Assembly (NCBI GenBank): GCA_002478945.1
Contig: DLKM01000020.1
Coordinates: 16,335 to 80,334 of the forward strand
Direction of reading: 5' to 3'
Length of the DNA stretch: 64,000 nucleotides
From: Christensenella sp. UBA7588
GTDB taxonomy: Bacteria; Bacillota; Clostridia; Christensenellales; CAG-917
A program made the translations under genes and the position numbers. Position 1 is the first letter of the stretch. Every line of letters begins with the position of its first letter. Below, one piece after another: positions 35,475 through 44,310 of the stretch. Below the pieces are notes generated by a model that worked only from the letters and a program-made list of their open reading frames with translations, was not told where the DNA came from and made no database searches.

Positions 35475-36785
35475 ATGAAAATCGAAAAGATAAAACCTAT
35501 CCCGAAATATATCGAAAAGAAAATCAAAGCGATTGATAAGGCATATCCCGTTCGTGGTAGGACTCGTTTTTACGCTTACCTCACAAGGAATGACGGCGAA
35601 CTTGTCAAAGTTACAGTTGCCGTAAAAGAGAAAAAGAACAAATGGTGTTGCAAACAAGTTGCTGTGCACGGTGTCCATTCTGATAAATGCTATGTAAAAG
35701 ATATGGAATTTACATATGTTGGCGGATACATTGTCGGTTGGTATGCAGAAGGTTTTGTAAAACGCCGACCTTGGTACGAGGACGGCTGTTGGGGATGGAC
35801 TGATGACAAATTGTTTGACCCTTACGCCCCGATAGTAAACAGAGATTATATTTTGCAACATTTTCCCGAATACAAGTACAGCGCAGTTGATAGTTATACC
35901 GGCATAGACGTTTTCAAATATTTACGGCTTTACGAACAATACCCACAAATCGAGTATTTAACAAAACTCGGATTGCATAATCTCGCAATGTCAAAACAAA
36001 TATTGAAATTGTGCGGAAAAGACAAGCGTTTTAGAAAATGGCTTGCACAAAACAAAAACACATTAAACAAATCATCGTTATATATTCCGGTTGTCTTGCA
36101 AGCATATAAAAAGAACTTAAACGTGTTGGAATTGCAAACATATTATTCCGCAAAACTCAAATTGAGCAAGGACTGGTTGCTTGAACCTTTACGGATTGCG
36201 TTTAAGAACGACTTTGAAACGCTTATTCGGTATCTCACAAATAAGGAAACAAACGCTTACACATATTGGGATTATTGGACTGCTTGCACGAATCTCGGCT
36301 TGGATATGAACGAGGGAAAGAATCGTTATCCTCACGATTTTAAACGTTGGCACGATATACGAATAGACGAATATCATACCTTGCAGGCAAAGGAAGATGA
36401 GCAGAAGCGTAAAGACCTCTATGAAAAATTCGCAAAGGTTGCCGAAAAGTATCTCGCACTTCAATACGAAAAGAAGGCGAATTACGTCGTCATTATTGCG
36501 CATAACCCAAATGAACTTGTTGTCGAAGGACGAGCCCTTGAACATTGTGTAGGGCGGATGAATTACGACCAAAAGTTTGCAAGAGAAGAATCCCTTATTT
36601 TCTTTATCCGTACAAAAGAACATCCCGACGTTCCGCTTGTGACGCTTGAATACTCGCCATCCAAAAAACGAGTTCTTCAATGTTATGGGAAGAAAGACAA
36701 CAAACCAAATGACAGCATTTTGAATTTTGTAAACAAAAAATGGCTGCCGTTTGCAAACAGACAAATCAAAAAACTTGCTGCATAA
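35475..36785 (+). CDS. PcfJ-like protein
   Basis: ATG at 35475 after GGAGGTG. The C-terminal EGRALEHCVGRMNYDQKFAREESLIFFIR...PLVTLEYS...VLQCYGKKDNKP matches the PcfJ-domain pattern. Confidence 0.65.
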   Translation: MKIEKIKPIPKYIEKKIKAIDKAYPVRGRTRFYAYLTRNDGELVKVTVAVKEKKNKWCCKQVAVHGVHSDKCYVKDMEFTYVGGYIVGWYAEGFVKRRPWYEDGCWGWTDDKLFDPYAPIVNRDYILQHFPEYKYSAVDSYTGIDVFKYLRLYEQYPQIEYLTKLGLHNLAMSKQILKLCGKDKRFRKWLAQNKNTLNKSSLYIPVVLQAYKKNLNVLELQTYYSAKLKLSKDWLLEPLRIAFKNDFETLIRYLTNKETNAYTYWDYWTACTNLGLDMNEGKNRYPHDFKRWHDIRIDEYHTLQAKEDEQKRKDLYEKFAKVAEKYLALQYEKKANYVVIIAHNPNELVVEGRALEHCVGRMNYDQKFAREESLIFFIRTKEHPDVPLVTLEYSPSKKRVLQCYGKKDNKPNDSILNFVNKKWLPFANRQIKKLAA

Positions 36786-36798
36786 AGGAGAAAACACT

Positions 36799-37113
36799 AT
36801 GGCAAATTATTATAGAATTACCGCATATCACAAAGAAAAAGACATCTCAATTATTATGGACTCATACGGACATTTTGAAAAGAAGTGGCAGTTTTCTGCC
36901 GACCTTATTCGTAGGGGCTTTGACATTATCGAAGTATCCGACGATACGCAATTCCTTGACGGAAACATAGAGCGATTGACCATGCCCAAACAAGACAAAC
37001 TTACTCTTAGGGCTTGTTCAATGGGAAAACCTTCAAGAATTACTCAATCGGTAGGAAACGAACAACGCAACGCAATACAAGTAAACGACAAAATTTATGT
37101 GCCATACACATAA
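36799..37113 (+). CDS. conserved-looking hypothetical protein (104 aa), last gene of the plus-strand operon
   Basis: ATG at 36799 after AAAGGAG. MANYYRITAYHKEKDISIIMDSYGHFEKKWQF... has no assignable domain. Confidence 0.5.
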   Translation: MANYYRITAYHKEKDISIIMDSYGHFEKKWQFSADLIRRGFDIIEVSDDTQFLDGNIERLTMPKQDKLTLRACSMGKPSRITQSVGNEQRNAIQVNDKIYVPYT

Positions 37114-37281
37114 GAATAGCCGTGCATAGAGAAAACGAAGATAAAGGAAAAAGTCTTACTGCTTTAATTACGATACAGATTTTGGTTGCACTTCCGCATA
37201 TTATCAGTTCTTAAAGCGTGAAAATAACATTTAATTTTAACACACAAAGTAATCATAAAGATACATATATGCTGTCAACCT

Positions 37282-37317
37282 AAAAAGAGAGAAACGGACT
37301 TCGCTTCTCTCTTTTTT
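37282..37317. terminator. strong bidirectional rho-independent terminator at the right island edge
   Basis: AAGAGAGAA-acggacttcgc-TTCTCTCTT followed by TTTT. Lies between the convergent island operon and rhaD. Confidence 0.8.
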
Positions 37318-37405
37318 GATTTTATAAAATGCACTTATAAAGGTAATTCTATTATTTTTCCCAAACTATATTTAGGCAATACGCCGTTGCTTTGGATATG
37401 TTCGC

Positions 37406-38218
37406 TTATTTTCCCAAGATTCCGTCAAGCGGTGTAAGATGCCACAAATCAACGAGTCCTTGCAATACGTCATCGCCGATTTCGTTGACGACGTGTCCCA
37501 ATGTGAGAATATATAGTTGTGCCGTTTTCTCAACAGTTTCAATAAGTCCGAAGGCTTCGTCAATGTCTTTGCCAACGCCGTAAATGCCGTGATTCGTCCA
37601 TACGACAAGACGATATTTCTTCATCTTCTCTGCCGTCGCCTCACCGATTTCGTTCGTTCCGCAAACCATACAAGGCAACACGCCTACACCGTCCGGGAAC
37701 ACCACGATTGCTTCGGTGTTGTTGCGCCACAACTTTTCGGTAAACACTCTGTCGTCTGTTTTTACGACTGCCGACATACAAATCGTATAAGTCGGGTGTG
37801 TGTGCATAACGACTCTGTGATTGGGATCTATTTTCAAACGAGTTGCGTGCGTCATAAGGTGCGCGGGAAGTTCACTCGTGAATTTTCCGCCGTCCTTATA
37901 TCCCCACAAAAGTTCTGCCGTTTTGCCGTCTGCGCCGATACGGATTATACCGAGATTGGTTTCGGGATCGCCTTCAACATTCTTGAAATACTTGCCCGTT
38001 CCCGTCACGATAAAATATCTGCCGACCAACTCTTTTGCATCGAATCCGGTCGGGATAACGCGCAATACCTTGTCAGTATCGAGATACTCTTTCACTTGTT
38101 CTTCGTCGAGCAATACGGAAACATTTCCGCCGTTTCTCTCGTCCCAGCCTTGACGATACATATTGCTCGTAATTTTGCAAAGTTCTTTTACAAACGGTGC
38201 TTCAAGTATGTTTTTCAT
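37406..38218 (-). CDS. rhaD: rhamnulose-1-phosphate aldolase
   Basis: Class II aldolase motifs (GWDERNGGNVS, HTHPT). ATGA overlap with rhaA. Confidence 0.85.
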   Translation of the reverse strand: MKNILEAPFVKELCKITSNMYRQGWDERNGGNVSVLLDEEQVKEYLDTDKVLRVIPTGFDAKELVGRYFIVTGTGKYFKNVEGDPETNLGIIRIGADGKTAELLWGYKDGGKFTSELPAHLMTHATRLKIDPNHRVVMHTHPTYTICMSAVVKTDDRVFTEKLWRNNTEAIVVFPDGVGVLPCMVCGTNEIGEATAEKMKKYRLVVWTNHGIYGVGKDIDEAFGLIETVEKTAQLYILTLGHVVNEIGDDVLQGLVDLWHLTPLDGILGK

Positions 38219-39450
38219 CTTTTGCTAAGCACTCCTTTTTCGTAGTCTTTTATTTCGTCAAACCAATCGTCTTTCATACCTTGTCTGTCGAGATACTCTT
38301 TCCAAACTTCGCCGAAAGGATAGGTTTTGAGTTGTTCTTGTCTGTACATAAGTTCGGTAAACTCGCCGTTGTCCTGCAACTTTTTGAGCGCGTCGTTTGG
38401 CGTGAGCAATGCGTAAAGCAACGCCTTTTGCATATTGCGCTCACCAGTAACCCACGCAGATATACGGTTTATGGACGCATCGAAATAGTCAAGACCGATA
38501 AGCACCTTGTCAAGCGCGTCGTTTCTTACAATCTCTTTTGCAATCTCTTTGAGTTCGTCTTCAAACAAAACGACGTGGTCACTGTCCCATCTCACTCCGC
38601 GCGTTACGTGAAGTGCAACTTTATCGTAGAACGCAAGCAACGCAGGGATTTTGTCGCTGACGTATTCGAGCGGATGATAATGTCCGTTGTCAAGCAAACA
38701 GCAAATATCGTTCTTTGCCGCATAGTTCTGATAAAACTCGTTGCTACCCACCGTATAACTTTCAACGCCTATACCGAACACCTTGCTTTCCACCGCAACG
38801 ACAACCTTTTTCTTGTCATAAGGTTCTTTCAAAATCTCGTCAAGGCTTTCTTTAAGACGAAGTCTTGGGGTAAGTCTGTCCGCGGGAACGTCCTTAAAAC
38901 CGTCGGGAATCCAAATATTCATAAGACAATGGCTGTTCATTTCATTTGCGAAATACTCGGAAATGCGAATACACGCCTTGCAATGCTCAATCCAGAATTT
39001 GCGCACGTTTTCATCGGGTGACGAAAGCGTAAGTCCGCCCTTTACCATCGGGTGCGAGAACATCGTGGGATTGAAATCGATTCCGTCAAGTCCTATCTCT
39101 TTTGCAAACTCAACCCACGGCGCAAAATGTTCGGGACGATATGCGTTTCTGTCCACTTTCTCGCCGTTAAGAATTGCATAACTTGCGTGCAAGTTGAGCC
39201 TTTTCTTGCCCGGCATAAGCGAAAACGCTTTTGTCAAATCTTCTTTGAGTTCTTCAAAGTTTCTTGCACGCCCCGGGTAATTGCCCGTCGTTTGAATACC
39301 GCCCGACGCAGCACCTCCGCCGTCAAGACCTACAACGTCGTCGCCTTGCCAACAATGCACCGAGATTGCGGTATTTTTAAGTTTTTCAATCGCTTGCTCC
39401 GTGTCCACGCCTATCTTTGCGTAAACTTCTTTCGCTTCTTGATAACTCAT
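38215..39450 (-). CDS. rhaA: L-rhamnose isomerase
   Basis: SVHCWQGDDVVG, LNLHASYA and WDSDHVV motifs characteristic of RhaA. Confidence 0.9.
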   Translation of the reverse strand: MSYQEAKEVYAKIGVDTEQAIEKLKNTAISVHCWQGDDVVGLDGGGAASGGIQTTGNYPGRARNFEELKEDLTKAFSLMPGKKRLNLHASYAILNGEKVDRNAYRPEHFAPWVEFAKEIGLDGIDFNPTMFSHPMVKGGLTLSSPDENVRKFWIEHCKACIRISEYFANEMNSHCLMNIWIPDGFKDVPADRLTPRLRLKESLDEILKEPYDKKKVVVAVESKVFGIGVESYTVGSNEFYQNYAAKNDICCLLDNGHYHPLEYVSDKIPALLAFYDKVALHVTRGVRWDSDHVVLFEDELKEIAKEIVRNDALDKVLIGLDYFDASINRISAWVTGERNMQKALLYALLTPNDALKKLQDNGEFTELMYRQEQLKTYPFGEVWKEYLDRQGMKDDWFDEIKDYEKGVLSKR

Positions 39451-39453
39451 AGT

Positions 39454-40761
39454 TTATAACTCCATTTGGCTTTTCAAATTGCCTATCGCCGTTGCCTCTA
39501 TGGGCATTGCGACGACTTCTTTGTTTGTAAATTCTCTTGTAAATTCGTTGACCAACTTGTTGTTTGCGCCACCGCCTACGATATAGATTTTATCGAACGT
39601 ACGATTTTCGCATTTTTCCAAATCGTCAACTGCTTTTTTATATCCCATTGCCATAGACCTATACGCACTGCGATACAAGTCCCCTTCCGTTTTAGGCGCA
39701 TTGAGATTGCGACTTTCAAACCAATTCCTGATTTTCTTGTCCATATTTTCGGGCAAAGAAAACTCTTTTGCGTTGACGTCGAACGTACCGTCAAACGTGC
39801 TTTCGCTTGCAAGGCGCGTCATCTCGTCAAAACTTCTGCCGAACACGTTTTTAAGGCACACGTTTATCCACATACCCGTGATATTCTTCAAGAAACGGAA
39901 ATTTCCCACTCCGCCTTCGTTTGCGAAATTGTATCTCAAAGCATCTCTCGACACGTTTGCTTCTTTTATCTTTGCGCCGAGAATTGCCCAAGTTCCGCTC
40001 GAAATAAGCGCGCTATTTTCGGGGTTGTCAACGGCATAAAACGCACTTGCCGTGTCGTGCGACGGACAGAGTTTAACCGTCGTTTGTCCGCCTACTTCTT
40101 TTGCAACGTCGTCTTTAAGTTTTCCGACAACCGTTCCCGGCATATTGAGCGACGGAAACATTTGAAGCGGTAAACCGAGAGTCCCTATAAGGTCTATGTC
40201 AAACTTTCTCGTTTTGCAGTTCACAAGTCCCGTTGTCGTTGCGTTCGTATATTCCTTCACCATATTGCCCGTAAGCAAATAGCCAAAGTATTCGGGCATC
40301 ATAAGGAACGTCGAAACGCCGTCCAAACGACCGCTCTTTTTATCCGCATAAAGTTGATACACTGTGTTGAAAGACTGAAATTGTATGCCCGTGCGCATAT
40401 AGAACGTTTCAAACGAAATCTTTGTGTTTATCTCTTCGATTGCACTCTCCGTTCTCGAATCTCTATACGCATAGCAAGGCAACACAGGTTTGCCGTCTTT
40501 TATGAGAACGTAGTCCACGCCCCACGTATCTATTGCAAGGCTCTCAATACTCTCATATTGCGAAAAAGCAACTTTAAGTCCTTTTTTAATCTCGTTAAAC
40601 AGTCTTTTCGTATCCCAAACGAGATGTCCGCCTTTATTGTCCATATGATTTTCAAAGCGGTATATCTCTTTGGTTTTTATCTCTCCGTCTTCTTTCCAAC
40701 CGACGATATGTCGTCCGCTGGATGCTCCGAGATCTATTGCAAGATAATACTTGTTGTCCAT
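39454..40761 (-). CDS. rhaB: rhamnulokinase (FGGY family)
   Basis: YLAIDLGASSGR and IYIVGGGANN FGGY motifs. The ATG at 40761 is preferred over the track's TTG at 40773. Confidence 0.85.
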   Translation of the reverse strand: MDNKYYLAIDLGASSGRHIVGWKEDGEIKTKEIYRFENHMDNKGGHLVWDTKRLFNEIKKGLKVAFSQYESIESLAIDTWGVDYVLIKDGKPVLPCYAYRDSRTESAIEEINTKISFETFYMRTGIQFQSFNTVYQLYADKKSGRLDGVSTFLMMPEYFGYLLTGNMVKEYTNATTTGLVNCKTRKFDIDLIGTLGLPLQMFPSLNMPGTVVGKLKDDVAKEVGGQTTVKLCPSHDTASAFYAVDNPENSALISSGTWAILGAKIKEANVSRDALRYNFANEGGVGNFRFLKNITGMWINVCLKNVFGRSFDEMTRLASESTFDGTFDVNAKEFSLPENMDKKIRNWFESRNLNAPKTEGDLYRSAYRSMAMGYKKAVDDLEKCENRTFDKIYIVGGGANNKLVNEFTREFTNKEVVAMPIEATAIGNLKSQMEL

Positions 40762-40776
40762 ATACTTCCCCAAGTT

Positions 40777-42996
40777 TTACATTTCGTCTATTGCAAACGA
40801 ACGCTTGCCTTGAACCGTTTCGATTTTACCGTTAGGAAAAACGAGAACGCACTCAAAGCCTTGAACGTCCACATTCAGACTGATATGTTTATTGACTCTT
40901 TCCCAGTCAATCGATATGCTTTTGCCACCGCGTGCATAAGCAATGTTTGCGCTGTTTACGCCATCGATAAGTATCGGTTTTATTCTTATCGAATTGCTAT
41001 CTACCACGTCGAGCCAACCGATGTTCTTATAGAACCACGCAAGAATTGCGCCCCAAAAATGGTGGTTGAAAGACGGAATTCGTTTCATACCGTCTTTTCT
41101 CATTTTTTTGCCGTCAATGACTTCGTACTCCTCAAAACTTTCCCACAAAGTCGTTGCGCCCTGTTCTATCCAATAGCCGTATGACGGGAAACTCTTTTGC
41201 GTAATAAGTTTGAAACACAAATCGATGTCGCCGTGTTTTACAAGCGTATCGAACAAATACTTATATCCCACAACGCCGACTCTGAAATGGTCGTCTTGTC
41301 CGTGAATAAGGTCAATCAAGTCACGGTATGCGTTGATGCTCTCGTCATTTGTCAATACACCAGTTTGAAGAGCCATTGCAAGCACCGTTTGTGTTTTCAC
41401 GACAAGTCTATCGTCTCTCACGTATTTCTTGCGGAAATCGCGTTTAAGACGTTTTGCAAAGTTTTCTATTTTATCGGTAGGCAATTCGACTGCATCAAAC
41501 ATTTTTATCGTCTTTGTCGCGATGTCAATCATCGTCAAAGAGTCGGTGATTTCCACAGGCGTTTCAAAATCGCCTTCGTTTTTCGTGTATGTTTGAACCC
41601 AATCACCCAAGCCGAAATTTGCCAAGCCGTCTGCGTTCAAACGTGTCGTGACATAATCGAAATATTTGCTTATCGCTTCGGCATTGTCTTTTACAACCTT
41701 TTCATCGCCGTAAAAACGATAAAGTTGATACGGCAATTCAACAATCACACTATCCCAAGCAGGTCCGTTTCCGAAATCGAAGCCCCAACCTGCCGTCGGA
41801 ATAATTCCAGGCAAAGCGCCGTTTGCTTTTTGAACGTTGCGAATTTGAAGCAACCATTGTTCAAGACTTGCCTTTGCATCGAACGTGTAAAGCATTTGCT
41901 CTGCACTAATCGAAGCATCCGCCGTCCAACCGTTCTTCTCTCTTTGCGGGCAATCGTATGGATAGTAAACGAAATTGCTTATATCACTTTGAAGCGTCAT
42001 TTGGACAAGTTTATTTACAGTTTCGTTGTCGCATTTGAAATCACAAACCTTAGGCAAATCACTGTGGGTAGAAACAAACTCAACTGTGTCGAGCGTTGCT
42101 TGTTCGTCTTTTAATCCGCAAACTTCGCAATATCTGAAACCGTGCCAAGTGAAACTCGGCAAATAACTTTGTTCACCGCTTCTACAAACGTACACGTCGT
42201 GTTGATTGTAACCGTCAACGGTTTTATCAAAAGAAATACTGCGATAATCGATGCTACCGTCTTCGCAAATCTCTTCCGCAAAGTACATATCGATACGTTG
42301 TCCTTCTTCTGCATTTTGCAAATGAAGCAAGCAAAGTCCCGTATCGTTTGCGCCGAAGTCATACAAATATCCGTTCGGCGTTTTCTTCAAACATACGGCT
42401 TTTTTAGGCTTACCTTCGACAATCGGTTGAACTTTATTCTCTACAATTTTACCTTTTGGGGCATCTGCCAAAATCGCTTTTTCAAAACCGCTTAAATCGG
42501 TATCGGTCAAAACGCCTTTTCTTTCCAAACGTGCGTCATAACGCTCTCCGCAACGGAAATCGTCAAAAGTAATCGGGCTGTCTATCGCAACAAACGTTTC
42601 GTCCGTTTCAAGCAATACTTTGCCGTTTGCACTTATATTCAATGCAAATTTAGGTGCGCTACGATAAGGCGCGGACTCATTGAGCCAAATATCCGAATCG
42701 TTGGTGTTGACAAATCCGTTTCCAAGCAACACACAAAGAACGTTGTTTTCTTTTTTGAGTTTATTTTCAATATCGTAAACGTCGTAAACAACAACTTGGT
42801 CGGGGTTGCTCATATAAGGCGCAAACAAACTCTTATTGAGTTCTTCCCCGTTCAAAAACAATCTATAAAGACCGACTGCTACAATCGTCAGTTTTGCGTT
42901 TTTAGAATTATCACAATCAAATACACGCTTAAAAAGCGGCGCATTTACGTGCCTTTCTATAGTGTTGTATTCCTTTGATCGTGCAATAAATTTCAT
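40777..42996 (-). CDS. alpha-L-rhamnosidase (GH78)
   Basis: About 740 aa with a six-hairpin region (YPYDCPQREKNGWTADA) typical of GH78. Leads the rha operon. Confidence 0.8.
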   Translation of the reverse strand: MKFIARSKEYNTIERHVNAPLFKRVFDCDNSKNAKLTIVAVGLYRLFLNGEELNKSLFAPYMSNPDQVVVYDVYDIENKLKKENNVLCVLLGNGFVNTNDSDIWLNESAPYRSAPKFALNISANGKVLLETDETFVAIDSPITFDDFRCGERYDARLERKGVLTDTDLSGFEKAILADAPKGKIVENKVQPIVEGKPKKAVCLKKTPNGYLYDFGANDTGLCLLHLQNAEEGQRIDMYFAEEICEDGSIDYRSISFDKTVDGYNQHDVYVCRSGEQSYLPSFTWHGFRYCEVCGLKDEQATLDTVEFVSTHSDLPKVCDFKCDNETVNKLVQMTLQSDISNFVYYPYDCPQREKNGWTADASISAEQMLYTFDAKASLEQWLLQIRNVQKANGALPGIIPTAGWGFDFGNGPAWDSVIVELPYQLYRFYGDEKVVKDNAEAISKYFDYVTTRLNADGLANFGLGDWVQTYTKNEGDFETPVEITDSLTMIDIATKTIKMFDAVELPTDKIENFAKRLKRDFRKKYVRDDRLVVKTQTVLAMALQTGVLTNDESINAYRDLIDLIHGQDDHFRVGVVGYKYLFDTLVKHGDIDLCFKLITQKSFPSYGYWIEQGATTLWESFEEYEVIDGKKMRKDGMKRIPSFNHHFWGAILAWFYKNIGWLDVVDSNSIRIKPILIDGVNSANIAYARGGKSISIDWERVNKHISLNVDVQGFECVLVFPNGKIETVQGKRSFAIDEM

Positions 42997-43083
42997 ATCC
43001 TACGCCGCTTATTACTTTGTACTATCTTGTTTTAACAGCAAGTGTCTGCGTTTGCGCATTTTGCTCAATCGTGAGTATACTCT

Positions 43084-43545
43084 TTAACGCAAACTCTTTT
43101 CATACATACACACATTATTCCCTTTTGAGTTGACAAACGGTATTCCAACCATTTCAAAACCTAATGATGTATGCAGTGCTATGCTTGCTTCATTATCTAC
43201 TCTTATTTGTTGGGAAATCATTGAATATCCCTTTTCTTTTGCTATACCAATAGCCTTAATCATTGCTGCTTTTGCAAAACATTTCCCCCTGTATTCGGGG
43301 AAAACTTCAGGGCCTATCGATATTGTTTTGTCTTTGTATGAATACAAAGACAGTCTGCCAACGACTTTACCGCTTGCAACTATCGCAAACATTTCAAAAT
43401 ATTTTCCGTCGTGTTGTTTTGTATTCCACAAGCAAATCATATCTTCGATTTGCGCAGTCGTTAGTTCTTGATAAATTCTCTCTGACAAAACCAACGCATC
43501 TTTCTTTTCAAAGTTTCTCAATTGTACAATAACTTTTTTCTTCAT
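43084..43545 (-). CDS. GNAT-family N-acetyltransferase
   Basis: The FPEYRGKCFAKAAMIKAIGIAKEKGY (R/Q-x-x-G-x-A-like) acetyl-CoA site. The start is uncertain (ATG at 43545 or GTG at 43593). Confidence 0.7.
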   Translation of the reverse strand: MKKKVIVQLRNFEKKDALVLSERIYQELTTAQIEDMICLWNTKQHDGKYFEMFAIVASGKVVGRLSLYSYKDKTISIGPEVFPEYRGKCFAKAAMIKAIGIAKEKGYSMISQQIRVDNEASIALHTSLGFEMVGIPFVNSKGNNVCMYEKSLR

Positions 43546-43592
43546 ATTGATGCTGTTGATGCCGCCTTTCTTGTATTGATAACATTCTAACA

Positions 43593-44297
43593 CTAATTAT
43601 TTTTTACAATCTCGTGTTTGCATCTATTGATTTCGGCAACCAATTCTCTCTCGTTTTTGATTGCGTTTTCGAGAATAATTCCCGCTCCGCCGTCTTGCGG
43701 TTCGTGAAAATCGCTTCCTGCAAGCGGAATAAGTCCGTTGTCCTTTGCAAATCGTTCCGCTTGGTCGTTGTGACTATCATGCCTTGCGTATCCGTTGAAA
43801 ACTTCTACCGCATTAAGCAACGACGGATTTCTATAAGTTATTATCGTTCTGAACGGATGAGATTGAGAAAAAATCCACCCGTTTTCTCTGCACAAAAGGC
43901 TTGTTTCTTCAACACTGTTTCGGAACATACGCTCACCGCCGTCAAGCACGAATTCGGGAGTTATTCCGTAAATCAAGAATTCCGCTTTATATGGCGTGTC
44001 TGCGTTGTAATACGAAGTGCAATCAGGCATAAACTCCATACCAAAGAACACGTCGATCCCCACCTTTTGGCACTCTTGTTTCAATCGATTGTAATGCTCG
44101 ACAAAGTTTTGATTGTACTCTTTTGCCGTCATTCCGTAGAAATCGATTAAATAAGAGTTGTAGTGAGAAGTATAAACTATGCCGTCATAACCTTTGCCTT
44201 TGTATATTTCCGCAATGGTTTTCTCATCCGTTTGCGCGCAAGGCGAAGTGCCTTTTACGTGAAGGTGAGTTTCTAATTTATACCGCTTATTTTCCAT
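43593..44297 (-). CDS. PHP-domain metal-dependent phosphoesterase
   Basis: LETHLHVKGTSPC N-terminal His motif and a C-terminal GSDFHEP motif. Confidence 0.7.
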   Translation of the reverse strand: MENKRYKLETHLHVKGTSPCAQTDEKTIAEIYKGKGYDGIVYTSHYNSYLIDFYGMTAKEYNQNFVEHYNRLKQECQKVGIDVFFGMEFMPDCTSYYNADTPYKAEFLIYGITPEFVLDGGERMFRNSVEETSLLCRENGWIFSQSHPFRTIITYRNPSLLNAVEVFNGYARHDSHNDQAERFAKDNGLIPLAGSDFHEPQDGGAGIILENAIKNERELVAEINRCKHEIVKNN

Positions 44298-44310
44298 TTT
44301 GCAAACAATA

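Larger units (their letters stand above)
22323..37320. mobile_element. AT-rich accessory island (probable decayed integrative/conjugative element remnant or defence hotspot)
   Basis: Abrupt drop in G+C and change in codon style between the folA terminator and the terminator at 37285-37317. Contains ArdA, PcfK-like and PcfJ-like genes plus defence-like genes. No integrase, relaxase or T4SS was seen. Confidence 0.55.
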
